A stretch of DNA of 64,000 nt from an uncultured Candidatus Saccharibacteria bacterium (GTDB lineage: Bacteria > Patescibacteriota > Minisyncoccia > Phycocordibacterales > DATDWN01), in NCBI GenBank assembly GCA_964603545.1, contig CAZRVD010000002.1, positions 46,854 to 110,853 of the forward strand, written 5' to 3'. The position numbers and the translations under genes were made by a program. The notes under the pieces are model-generated. The model searched no databases and had not been told where the DNA came from. It worked only from the letters and a program-made list of their open reading frames with translations. Below, one piece after another: positions 45,675 to 55,608 of this stretch. The number at the start of each line of letters is the position of its first letter. Position 1 is the stretch's first letter.

Positions 45675-47330
45675 ATGAAGAAATATTTGATAGTGATAAT
45701 AATGCTCTCGTTATTGTCATTTTCTGTCCCAAATAAGACCTATGCAGTGTATACCGATGTGGCAAACACATTAAAAGAGTACGGGCTTGACTCTGTTGCC
45801 TATATGGTTGCAAAAACAGTTACAAGAAAACTTACAACTAAGACGGTAAACTGGATAAACTCTGGATTTAAAGGAAATCCTGGATATATTCAAAACCCAG
45901 ACCAATTTTTCCTTGATGTTGGAGATGACTTGGCATCACAATTCCTGTCACAAGCTGGGGTGAATAAATTATGTAGCCCATTTAAAGCTCAGGTGCGTCT
46001 AGCTTTGGTAAAAAACTATATTGATGACAGTAAGAACTACTCTTGTACATTAAGTATTTTAAAAAACAATTACGATGCTTTCACTAGAGATTTTAGTCAA
46101 GGTGGATGGGAAGGTTGGTTTGAAGTAAGTCAAAATAGTCAAAATAATCCTTATGGTGCCTATCTTGATACAAAAAATGAATTATCTATTAGAATAGGAA
46201 CGGAGAGAGAACAGAAGCAGAAACAAATAGACTTAAGTGGAGGATTTCTAAATCTTCAAAGATGCCCAAAGGGTATGGAGTTCGTTGATCCAGTATCACT
46301 AAAAAAAATTTGTGGAACCAAAGAGGAAACTGTCACTCCAGGAACTGTTATAAGTGACCAACTCAAGGAGACTTTAGGTACTAAGTGGGGAGAACTTGTA
46401 GCTGCAGATGAATTCAATGAAATAATTACTGCTCTTGTTTCACAACTTATAGGACAAGTTGCTGGTGCAACCGGAGGTCTTTTTGGAGCAAGTGAGAAAA
46501 CTATTTCGGCTTCTGGTGCAGTCCAACCATCTTTAGTAGATCAAATAGGAGCAGAGGCACAACCTCTCGTAAATTACCAAATAGGCGCAACAGATCCAAC
46601 GCTTAACTGTACATCCACTGGAGGCGGAACCGACCAGTATGGCAATACCACCGGAGGAACAACGGACTGCCAGTCCACCCCTGGGGGAGTGAGTGGCCTA
46701 CCTGCATGGCCTATAGGTTCTGGGGGAAGTGGAGGAGGATCTTGTCCAGCATACACACCGAATCCGAGTCACGATTGTACTAAAGTAGATAGTGGAGCTG
46801 TCCTTGCAATATTAAATAAATATCCACCTTCAAACGCAGGGATCACCCAAGCTGAAGTTGAGGTAAAACAACTATACCCTTGGGCATTTGTTATACCTCA
46901 TGCAAGACTTGATAAATTTGATTTTGGTAACGGAATGGGTGTTGATGTGATTGTCGGTGCCGTTGCTAATGGGGTTGGTAAGAGTTGGACATGGAATGTC
47001 GAGTGCGCTTGCAACAGAAACCCTTCCGGAAGCCCCGCAACAAATCCACCAATACCACTTCCTGGAGTGGGAACATACCTGCTGACCGTGGATATTGGTG
47101 GAGCTGGATCTGTCACAGACAATGTTGACACATGTCAGAATTTATCTGGAATTGCCACAACAACATGTAGCAAACCTTATCCGATAGACTCCTTTGTTTC
47201 AGTAACTGCAATCCCTGCCGTAGGAAGAACATTTGTTGGTTGGAGTGGGGCATGTGCGGTATTCAATCCAAGTAATGTTTGTTACGGAAACATAACCATG
47301 AGTGGAACAATCGGTGCGACTTTCAGATAG
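45675..47330 (+). CDS. Secreted hypothetical protein with C-terminal InlB B-repeat-like domain
   Basis: Signal peptide, WINSGF.GNP, GGWEGW, TPG..I; VTAIPAVGRTFVGWSGAC. Confidence 0.75.
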   Translation: MKKYLIVIIMLSLLSFSVPNKTYAVYTDVANTLKEYGLDSVAYMVAKTVTRKLTTKTVNWINSGFKGNPGYIQNPDQFFLDVGDDLASQFLSQAGVNKLCSPFKAQVRLALVKNYIDDSKNYSCTLSILKNNYDAFTRDFSQGGWEGWFEVSQNSQNNPYGAYLDTKNELSIRIGTEREQKQKQIDLSGGFLNLQRCPKGMEFVDPVSLKKICGTKEETVTPGTVISDQLKETLGTKWGELVAADEFNEIITALVSQLIGQVAGATGGLFGASEKTISASGAVQPSLVDQIGAEAQPLVNYQIGATDPTLNCTSTGGGTDQYGNTTGGTTDCQSTPGGVSGLPAWPIGSGGSGGGSCPAYTPNPSHDCTKVDSGAVLAILNKYPPSNAGITQAEVEVKQLYPWAFVIPHARLDKFDFGNGMGVDVIVGAVANGVGKSWTWNVECACNRNPSGSPATNPPIPLPGVGTYLLTVDIGGAGSVTDNVDTCQNLSGIATTTCSKPYPIDSFVSVTAIPAVGRTFVGWSGACAVFNPSNVCYGNITMSGTIGATFR

Positions 47331-47352
47331 TAAACGTTGAAGACAAAAAGAA

Positions 47353-49356
47353 ATGAAAAGATTTTTTCCTTACATACTAATAATTACAATACTGACAGTA
47401 TTTTTTAATGTAACTCCAACAGTGGAAGCTCAGGCGGCAGTACCAAACCTACCCGCTTGTCAGTACATTGATTATATCGTTTATGTTCAAATAACAAATA
47501 AACCTTGTATTGGAACAGGAGTTTTTGATAAGGGAGTGGTGTACCAAGTTGATCCACCTGGATCAACTAGTTGGTTAGGATGTCTTACATTTGGCAGTTT
47601 CTCTAGCTGTCTTGTAAACGGCGCCACAAATGTACTAGCTAGTTTGCTATACACAGTGCTGACCATGGTATCGGCACTTTTGTGGATTGCGGGAACGCTT
47701 CTGGATTTTGTCCTGCGGTATACGATTGTCGACATGAAAAAACACCTGGATATGCTTACCGGCATAAACACCGCCTGGAAAGTTATAAAAGATTTGATGA
47801 ATATGGCCTTCATATTTATTTTAGTATATGAAGGAATAAAACTAATTATTGGACAGGGGAGTAGAGAGACCATTAAAAATTTTATTGTGGCAGTTGTTAT
47901 CGCTTCACTTCTGGTAAACTTCAGTTTGTTTTTTACAAAAGTACTTATAGATGCGTCTAACGTAGTGACTCTTGGTTTTTATGATTCAATTATAGACAAC
48001 ACGGCAATAACTGTTGGTGGTGGAACAACAGGCGGTGGCACAGGGGCCTCCAGATCTATAAGTGGTCTCTCAGTACCATTTATGAACGCTCTTGGTCTTT
48101 CTAGTTTTTGGTCTGGGGTGTCGTTTGATGCGATAAGAAGTCAGACTGGAGGAAATTTAAATATGATGATACTCCCACTTATGGGAATAATTCTGTTTCT
48201 AATAGTATCTTTTGTATTTTTTGCTGTAGCAATAATGTTCACTATTAGATATCTGACACTCATAATACTTCTCATCCTTTCACCAGTTGCATACATGGGA
48301 GCGGCTCTGCCTTTTATGAAAACCTATGCAGATGATTGGTGGAAATCACTTAACGGCCAACTTCTCTTCGGTCCAATATATATGGTAATGACTTGGGTTG
48401 TTCTACTTCTCATGTCTAGTTCTGGTTTTATAGTTAAGGGAAGTTGGGGAGATGTATTAAGTGGAGTAAACAACATTGGAACACCCTATGACCAACAGCC
48501 TATCAGTTTAGTTTTCAACTTCGTAATTATTATCGGACTTGTTATCGCATCACTGACAATCGCAAAAAGCACAGCAACCAAAGGTTCAAAACATATTGGA
48601 GAAGCAACAAAGAGACTGACCGCATTTGCGGGTGGAGCAGTGATGGGTGCGGGAGCTTCAGGTTTTAGAAGCACTATTGGACGTGCTGGCCAAGCTGTCG
48701 CTAGTAATCAATGGCTTCGTGATAGAGTACCTGATAGTCGAATAGCAAGAACATTAGTAAAAGCTGGTGAAAAAACTGGGGCTGCGAGTTTTGATGTTAG
48801 AGCTACTGAAATTGGTAAGGCAACTGGAACTGGTAAGGCAGGTGGCAAAGGTGGTTACCAAGCAGAAAGGGAGAAAAAAATTAATGAGAGAATGAAATTT
48901 GCTGAACAACTTTCAGACACCGTAACAGGAGCTGACGTTGAGGCGGAAATGGAGAGAAGGGGCTACGATAAAGTATCCAATGAAGGAAGGGTTAACGCAT
49001 ATGTTGTGGCTGGAAGATCAAGAGCTGACGCAACCGCTCTTGTTGCAAGAGAGGCAGAACGTGAAAGACGTGCAGCTCAAGTACAATTAATAGGTGACGC
49101 GGCTCAAAATACAACACTAAGACAGGAGCGATATTTACACAATCTAAGCCAAACAAGATGGTATACTCCAAATCTATATAGTGGAGTTTCTGAAGATGCA
49201 GAAGCGGCAAGAAGAATGCGCGAAGGTAAGAAAGCTAAAAAAGGAGGTGTAGCTAAACTAATAGCTGATTTTGCAGCAGCAGCCAAAGAAGAAGAGGGTG
49301 AGCAATCAGCAACAACCCCCGCTACACCTGCCACAGGAACACCACCAACACCATAA
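47353..49356 (+). CDS. VirB6/TrbL-like polytopic membrane protein
   Basis: W..IKDLMN, LLVNFS..TK..ID, LILSP.A...LP....WW; context next to prgI and virB4. Confidence 0.7.
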   Translation: MKRFFPYILIITILTVFFNVTPTVEAQAAVPNLPACQYIDYIVYVQITNKPCIGTGVFDKGVVYQVDPPGSTSWLGCLTFGSFSSCLVNGATNVLASLLYTVLTMVSALLWIAGTLLDFVLRYTIVDMKKHLDMLTGINTAWKVIKDLMNMAFIFILVYEGIKLIIGQGSRETIKNFIVAVVIASLLVNFSLFFTKVLIDASNVVTLGFYDSIIDNTAITVGGGTTGGGTGASRSISGLSVPFMNALGLSSFWSGVSFDAIRSQTGGNLNMMILPLMGIILFLIVSFVFFAVAIMFTIRYLTLIILLILSPVAYMGAALPFMKTYADDWWKSLNGQLLFGPIYMVMTWVVLLLMSSSGFIVKGSWGDVLSGVNNIGTPYDQQPISLVFNFVIIIGLVIASLTIAKSTATKGSKHIGEATKRLTAFAGGAVMGAGASGFRSTIGRAGQAVASNQWLRDRVPDSRIARTLVKAGEKTGAASFDVRATEIGKATGTGKAGGKGGYQAEREKKINERMKFAEQLSDTVTGADVEAEMERRGYDKVSNEGRVNAYVVAGRSRADATALVAREAERERRAAQVQLIGDAAQNTTLRQERYLHNLSQTRWYTPNLYSGVSEDAEAARRMREGKKAKKGGVAKLIADFAAAAKEEEGEQSATTPATPATGTPPTP

Positions 49357-49360
49357 AACC

Positions 49361-50260
49361 ATGGATACAGAAATAAAAAAAATCATTGAGGAAAGAATAA
49401 AAAAATTACCACCCAGTGTAGCGAAAGCTATTAGGGGTATCCCTTGGTTAGAGACAATAAAAAATATTGCAAAAAATAATAACCTTAGTGAAGATAAAGA
49501 AATATCATTAATAATTGAAACGACTATTTTAGTATACGGGATTGAATCTCCAAAAAAATATGCCGAAGATTTAATTGTAAACCTTGGGGTGGGGGATGAT
49601 TTAGCTGAAAAAATACTAAAGGAAATAGAAACTCAAATCCTTATTCCAATACAAACCCTTACTGGTGGTGTTGGCCCCACAGAAGAGCAGAAAAACTCAC
49701 TATCTATCTCGTCAGCAGAGACACGAGCCCGTGAAACAGCAAACAAATATAGCTTAACCAGTAGCCAAACAAATACTTTAGTAAATAATACACTCTCTTC
49801 AATTAGAAATGGCCAAAAAGTCTCTCCGGAACAGTTAGTAACAAATTTAAACATATCCAAACTCCTCGCTGAACAAATTACCTTAGACCTAGAAAAAAGA
49901 GTTTTTGAACATGCTGTCAAACAAGTTTCACCAGAAAAAAGAGAGGTAGAAAAACCCAAACCGGAAACTCCCTCAAAAATTCCAGAGATCAGGCCAGATA
50001 ACCTTCCTATGCAGGGCAGTAACTTTATCCCAACACCAAAACCAGCATTTCAAAACGAGACTTTGGATAAACAAAGGGTCGGAAACTCTTCTGGTATTGG
50101 AGTACCAAGATACGCGACAGACAACACTCCACCAATAGCTACTTCTCCAGCACCGAGTGCAAGAAATATTATAGAAAAGAAACTAAATGATATTACCGTT
50201 GGCAACAAACCACCAGAGACAAAGTACGAGAAGGATCCGTATAGAGAACCGTTAGGGTAA
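49361..50260 (+). CDS. Hypothetical protein ending DPYREP
   Basis: ORF; ATG 4 nt after the preceding stop; Pro-rich C-terminal part. Confidence 0.8.
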   Translation: MDTEIKKIIEERIKKLPPSVAKAIRGIPWLETIKNIAKNNNLSEDKEISLIIETTILVYGIESPKKYAEDLIVNLGVGDDLAEKILKEIETQILIPIQTLTGGVGPTEEQKNSLSISSAETRARETANKYSLTSSQTNTLVNNTLSSIRNGQKVSPEQLVTNLNISKLLAEQITLDLEKRVFEHAVKQVSPEKREVEKPKPETPSKIPEIRPDNLPMQGSNFIPTPKPAFQNETLDKQRVGNSSGIGVPRYATDNTPPIATSPAPSARNIIEKKLNDITVGNKPPETKYEKDPYREPLG

Positions 50261-50283
50261 ATAAAATGCTTTAAAATTTAACA

Positions 50284-50721
50284 ATGCGTTACCAAATACC
50301 ACAATTTATTGATGTAGAAGACAAAATCATTGGGCCCTTAACCCTAAAGCAATTCGTGTATCTTGCTGGTGGAGCTGGAATGGCTTTTGTTATTTATACT
50401 TATATACCTATATACATAGCTGTGATACTAATAGCTGTAGTGATACCGCTCTCTATTGCTCTAGCTTTTTATAAAATAAATAACAAACCATTCGTAGATT
50501 TTCTTGAATCTGCTTTCATGTTTTATACAAAACAAAACCTTTATATATGGAGAAAAGAGCAAAAGAAGATAGTAAAATCAGAAGCAGATGTGGCCAAAGA
50601 ATCTGCTCAAGTGTATGTACCAAGACTTTCCGATAGTAAACTGAAAGAATTGTCGTGGACCTTAGACATAAATGAAAATCTTAATCCATTAACCGGACAA
50701 AGTGGCAAAAATACAAAGTAA
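50284..50721 (+). CDS. PrgI-family (VirB3-like) protein
   Basis: YQIPQFIDVEDKIIGPLTLKQF plus two TM segments. Confidence 0.88.
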   Translation: MRYQIPQFIDVEDKIIGPLTLKQFVYLAGGAGMAFVIYTYIPIYIAVILIAVVIPLSIALAFYKINNKPFVDFLESAFMFYTKQNLYIWRKEQKKIVKSEADVAKESAQVYVPRLSDSKLKELSWTLDINENLNPLTGQSGKNTK

Positions 50722-50759
50722 CTTAAAGTTTTCTATTATAATTCTGATATAATAATGGC

Positions 50760-51392
50760 ATGGCTGTAAATTCTAAAGCAACACAAGAATTCGTTCCGAT
50801 AAAAGAAGTCAGAGATGGTATTGCTGTGCTCAAAGATGGCTCCATGCGAGGTATTGTTTTGTCTTCTTCTCTAAACTTTAGCCTAAAATCGGAAGACGAG
50901 AGAAAAGCTATTGTTCTACAGTTTCAAGACTTTTTGAATTCTCTAGACTTCAGCGTACAGATATCTATTCAATCAAGAAGACTGGATATACGGCCATACA
51001 TAGCCCTTTTAGAGGACAGGTACAAGGAACAAACCAATGACTTAATGAAAATTCAGACCAGAGAATACATTGATTTCATAAGAAAGTTTACAGAAACAAC
51101 AAACATAATGACCAAAAGTTTCTTTGTCGTTGTGCCATATGATCCAGCTCTTATAAATATAAAAAGTGGTACTGGATTTTTCAAAAAAACATCTGTAAGT
51201 GAAGATCAGATTAAAAAAGAAGCTTCTTTTGAAGAAAACCGGACTCAGTTAGAGCAAAGAGTCTCTGTTGTAGAACAAGGTCTCTCAAGATGTGGAATAA
51301 GAGTAATAAGACTGGGAACAGAAGAAGTTATTGAGCTTTTCTATAAGATATTTAATCCAGGGGATACAGAAAAACCAATTAAATCATCATAA
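50760..51392 (+). CDS. TraC/VirB4 N-terminal-like protein
   Basis: NFSLKSEDE, FLNSLDF..QI...SR; lies between prgI and virB4. Confidence 0.75.
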   Translation: MAVNSKATQEFVPIKEVRDGIAVLKDGSMRGIVLSSSLNFSLKSEDERKAIVLQFQDFLNSLDFSVQISIQSRRLDIRPYIALLEDRYKEQTNDLMKIQTREYIDFIRKFTETTNIMTKSFFVVVPYDPALINIKSGTGFFKKTSVSEDQIKKEASFEENRTQLEQRVSVVEQGLSRCGIRVIRLGTEEVIELFYKIFNPGDTEKPIKSS

Positions 51393-51398
51393 AAAAAC

Positions 51399-53210
51399 AT
51401 GGGAATATTTGATTTTTTAAAAAAGAAAAAAGAGGAGCAGGAAATTTCAACAATTCTCCCACAAGAGATATATGATTCTAGTACTCTTGAATTGAAAGAC
51501 GTCATTGCTCCAAGCGCTCTAAAGGTTACCCCGAAAGAAATCAACCTTGGTGAAAAAGTTTTACGAAGTTTCTTTGTTATCTCATACCCAAGATACCTTT
51601 CTGATAGTTGGTTTTCTCCAATAATTAACTTGGATAAGATATTCGATATTTCAATATTTGTTAAACCCATAGATACGGCGGGAGTTCTGCGCACCTTTCA
51701 AAAAAAAGTGGCTGAGGTCCAGAGTCAGATAAATACCAGAGAAGCAAAGGGGTTAGTTAGAGACCCGATGCTAGATACTGCCTACCAAGATCTTGAGAAC
51801 CTTCGAGACAACCTCCAGCAGGCTCAGGAAAGACTTTTTGACGTCGGGCTTTATATTACGATGTACGCAGATTCTAGTGAAGAATTGGACAAAGTAGAGT
51901 CAGAAATAAAATCAATACTAGAAGCAAAACTTGTATATCTCAAACCCGCACTTTTCCAACAAGAACAAGCTTTTAAAGCTGCAATACCAATAGCCACAGA
52001 TGGACTCGAGGTTTACAGCAAATTAAACTCTTCACCATTATCTAGTTTGTTTCCATTTGTTTCATTTGATCTTACTTCTGACAAGGGGATTCTTTACGGA
52101 ATAAATCGTCACAACTCATCCCTTGTTTTGTTCGATAGGTTTTCTTTGGAAAACTATAACTCCATAACATTTGCAAAATCTGGTGCAGGAAAATCCTACA
52201 TGACTAAGATAGAAATTCTTAGAACATTAATGTTTGATACTGATGTTATGGTGTTGGACCCTGAAAGAGAGTACGAATACCTAGCAGAAGCTGTTGGGGG
52301 AAGATATTTTAATATTTCTCTAAACTCTGAACACCACATAAATCCTTTTGAACTTCCAACTCCTGGAGAAGACGAGTCATTCGCAAACGTACTTCGCTCA
52401 AATATCATAAACCTTGTCGGTCTTTTCCGTATCATGATGGGAGGACTGACCCCAGAAGAAGACGCTATTATAGACAGAGCAATAACAGAAACTTATGCAC
52501 TTAAAGACATTACAGCAGACTCAAACTTTGAAAATGTAGAGCCCCCACTACTTTCAGACTTTGAACTCGTTCTTTCTGGAATGGAGGGGGGAGACTCTCT
52601 AGCACAGAGACTAACAAAATATACTAGAGGTACTTGGGCAGGGTTTATAAACAGACCGAGTAATGTTGATATAAATAAAAGATTTATCGTCTTTTCTCTT
52701 CGCGACATGGAAGATGAGCTCAAGCCTATCGCCATGTACATCATAATGCACTATATATGGAACATGATAAGAAAGAAGTTAAAGAAGAGACTTCTTGTTA
52801 TAGATGAGGCTTGGTGGATGATGAAATCCGAAGACACAGCTTCTTTCCTTCTCTCTCTTGCAAAAAGAGGAAGAAAATACTATCTAGGACTTGCTACAAT
52901 AACCCAAGACGTTGATGACTTCTTAAAATCCCCTTATGGATTGCCCATTATAACAAACTCTTCTATTCAAATACTTTTGAAACAATCCCCAACAGCTATA
53001 GACAAACTACAACAAGCCTTTAGTTTAACTGATGAAGAAAAATATCTGTTATTAGAATCTGATGTTGGAGAGGGAATATTCTTTGCTGGATTAAAACACG
53101 TAGCTATAAAGGTTATCGCTTCATATACTGAGGATCAAATAATAACATCAGACCCTTCACAAATTTTATCGATTAAAAAGGCTAGGGTTGATTTAGAAAA
53201 TAGTAAATAA
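51399..53210 (+). CDS. VirB4-like T4SS ATPase
   Basis: YGIN, AKSGAGKS, DPEREY, INPF, VIDEAW, RKY, ITQ. Confidence 0.92.
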   Translation: MGIFDFLKKKKEEQEISTILPQEIYDSSTLELKDVIAPSALKVTPKEINLGEKVLRSFFVISYPRYLSDSWFSPIINLDKIFDISIFVKPIDTAGVLRTFQKKVAEVQSQINTREAKGLVRDPMLDTAYQDLENLRDNLQQAQERLFDVGLYITMYADSSEELDKVESEIKSILEAKLVYLKPALFQQEQAFKAAIPIATDGLEVYSKLNSSPLSSLFPFVSFDLTSDKGILYGINRHNSSLVLFDRFSLENYNSITFAKSGAGKSYMTKIEILRTLMFDTDVMVLDPEREYEYLAEAVGGRYFNISLNSEHHINPFELPTPGEDESFANVLRSNIINLVGLFRIMMGGLTPEEDAIIDRAITETYALKDITADSNFENVEPPLLSDFELVLSGMEGGDSLAQRLTKYTRGTWAGFINRPSNVDINKRFIVFSLRDMEDELKPIAMYIIMHYIWNMIRKKLKKRLLVIDEAWWMMKSEDTASFLLSLAKRGRKYYLGLATITQDVDDFLKSPYGLPIITNSSIQILLKQSPTAIDKLQQAFSLTDEEKYLLLESDVGEGIFFAGLKHVAIKVIASYTEDQIITSDPSQILSIKKARVDLENSK

Positions 53211-53221
53211 AAACGAACAAA

Positions 53222-53647
53222 ATGGACAAAGAACCTCAAATCAAAGACACTGTAGCGTTTCTAATGATATTTACCGCTCTTTTTTTTGATGCCTTACAAG
53301 CTTTAATTGGATGGATACCCATGGTCGGAAACGTCATTTCTGATGTGATTAGTATATTTGTATTTATGACTTTTTTGTTGTGGTTCCACATGTATGGGGT
53401 AAAAATGATGACCCCAAAAAGATTCACGTCCCTAGGACTAGGAGGTGTCATTGAAATGATTCCTTATGTAAACCTACTTCCGGCATGGACTCTTGTCGTT
53501 ATTTACCTTATTGGAACAACCAAAATTAAAGAGTTGTTTGAAAAAAACCCAGGAGTGGCTGGTTCGATATTTAGGCTTGGTGAAAAAATAAAAAACCTGA
53601 ACAAAACCGGGGAGCCACCACACGTACCGCTCATAGACGAGCGTTAA
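53222..53647 (+). CDS. Hypothetical membrane protein
   Basis: Hydrophobic segments, IPMVG, EMIPYVNLLPAWT. Confidence 0.8.
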   Translation: MDKEPQIKDTVAFLMIFTALFFDALQALIGWIPMVGNVISDVISIFVFMTFLLWFHMYGVKMMTPKRFTSLGLGGVIEMIPYVNLLPAWTLVVIYLIGTTKIKELFEKNPGVAGSIFRLGEKIKNLNKTGEPPHVPLIDER

Positions 53648-53709
53648 TTGTCGAGAACTTTGTGAATAACAAAAGGCCACTAAAAAATGATTATGGTATT
53701 ATTATAAAG

Positions 53710-54729
53710 ATGAGATATCTTATTGTTATATCACTATTTATTATAACTTTACTATTTGTTGGTTTTTTTGATTACTCTAGTACAGCATCGGCTCAAGGTC
53801 TTGGAATGAATGATGTTATAAACATTGATTTGGTACCTGCGGTACCAAAGGCAAACGAAACTGTATATGTATTTCTAACTAGTTATGCAACAAATATAGA
53901 CGCTGCCAGTATAACCTGGAGAGTTAATGGAAAAACAATTAAATCTGGCGTTGGAGAAAAAACTTTTAATTTCTCTATGGGAGACGTTGGTAAAATCACA
54001 ACTCTTAGTGTTACAGTAAAAACAACTGATGGTTCCGTAATTGAAAGATCAATCCCCTTAAAACCAATAAGTGTTGATCTTGTGTGGCAAAGTAACGGTT
54101 TTGTCCCGCCGTTTTATAAAGGAAAAGCCCTTTTTAGTCATCAAAATCAAGTGACTGTGATAGCCTCACCACACATACCTAATTCAAGCGGTGGAGAAGT
54201 AAGTCCTAAAAATATCATATATAAGTGGAGGAAGAATGGCTCAGTAGATGAAGGTGCTTCTGGGTTTGGTAAAAACACCTACACTTTTGAAGGATCGCTT
54301 ATATCAAGACCTGTTACTATTGGAGTTGAAGTAACCGCCACTGGTGGAGAAGGAATTGGTTACGCAACCATAAATTTAACCCCAAATGAGCCTGCTATAA
54401 TTTTTTATAAAAAAGACCCTATCTATGGAATAGAATTCCAAAGAGCCTTAGCTGGAACAGTTGAACTAAGTAATTCAAACGAAATCAATATTATTGGCGC
54501 ACCTTTCTTTTATAGTACGGATGACTATTTATCTGAAAAACTAATCTATAAATGGTCAATTAATGGGTCTCCAATAAATAATGCGGTCAGTCAAAGAAAT
54601 CAAGTGCTTAGACAAAAAGAGGGAACTAGTGGGTCATCCAATATTTCCTTGTCTATAGAAAATCCAGGTAAAATACTACAATACTCTTCTTCTAATTTCT
54701 ATCTGCAATTCAAGGACAATAATCAATAA
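53710..54729 (+). CDS. Secreted Ig-like hypothetical protein
   Basis: Signal peptide, three W..NG repeats, VPPFYKGK. Confidence 0.8.
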   Translation: MRYLIVISLFIITLLFVGFFDYSSTASAQGLGMNDVINIDLVPAVPKANETVYVFLTSYATNIDAASITWRVNGKTIKSGVGEKTFNFSMGDVGKITTLSVTVKTTDGSVIERSIPLKPISVDLVWQSNGFVPPFYKGKALFSHQNQVTVIASPHIPNSSGGEVSPKNIIYKWRKNGSVDEGASGFGKNTYTFEGSLISRPVTIGVEVTATGGEGIGYATINLTPNEPAIIFYKKDPIYGIEFQRALAGTVELSNSNEINIIGAPFFYSTDDYLSEKLIYKWSINGSPINNAVSQRNQVLRQKEGTSGSSNISLSIENPGKILQYSSSNFYLQFKDNNQ

Positions 54730-54740
54730 TGTAGTAAAAA

Positions 54741-55607
54741 ATGAAAAAAAATATAAAAAAAATAATACCCATAATTACACTGATCATCATGTTAGTGCCA
54801 GGATTTTTTGGAGTGTACGCCCAAACTCCACCACCGAACAACCCGACCCCTTATACCGTACTAACAACACTACCAGGAATAGGGACCCAAACAACACTAA
54901 CTAGTTATCTGCCAGCGGCCTTTAATTTAGCTATTGGTATAGCTGTTGCTCTCGCTTTCGTTATGATTACTTTTGGTGGAGTAACTTACGCCACATCGGA
55001 CGCAATAACAGGCAAGGCAAAAGGAAGGGAGTATATTGAAGATGCATTATGGGGATTGCTTTTAGTAATTGGATCATATGTAATATTAAACACCTTAAAT
55101 CCGCAAATTCTTAACTTTAGTCTGCGTTTTGACAGACCAACTGTACCAGTCTCTAGCGTAACTTTAATCGCAGGAACTCCACTAGACCCCGCAGCCAGAG
55201 CTGATGATGCCTCTGTTAGAGCTACTCTGGTTGGCATAGGAATAAATCACCCCCCTTGTCTTGCTGGAGAAACACAAGGATGTACAAACGTTAACGGACT
55301 TCCAGCTGGGGCTGTTACTGGCCTCTTAACACTGAAGAAGGCATGCAATGGCTGTACTATTATGATAACTGGTGGAACTGAAGGTGGACATGCAACTCAC
55401 GGGCCAGGAAAGCAAATCGTAGACCTAAGGCCTGAAAACGCTTTAAATTATTATATTTGGGGGGATGGCAACACCCCGCCAGACGGAACAACAAGAACAA
55501 AAAACTTACCTAACGGTCAGTCAATAAAGTTTGTTTATGAAACGGCAGGAGGAAATGTCAGGGGAACTTCAACGGGAGCGCATTGGCATACTGTAATATC
55601 AAATTAA
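54741..55607 (+). CDS. T4SS pilin-like protein fused to M15-like Zn-peptidase domain
   Basis: GG..Y.TS....K..G...I..AL.GL.L....Y.IL.T.NP; ITGGTEGGH..H.....VDLR...HWH. Confidence 0.75.
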   Translation: MKKNIKKIIPIITLIIMLVPGFFGVYAQTPPPNNPTPYTVLTTLPGIGTQTTLTSYLPAAFNLAIGIAVALAFVMITFGGVTYATSDAITGKAKGREYIEDALWGLLLVIGSYVILNTLNPQILNFSLRFDRPTVPVSSVTLIAGTPLDPAARADDASVRATLVGIGINHPPCLAGETQGCTNVNGLPAGAVTGLLTLKKACNGCTIMITGGTEGGHATHGPGKQIVDLRPENALNYYIWGDGNTPPDGTTRTKNLPNGQSIKFVYETAGGNVRGTSTGAHWHTVISN

Positions 55608-55608
55608 T

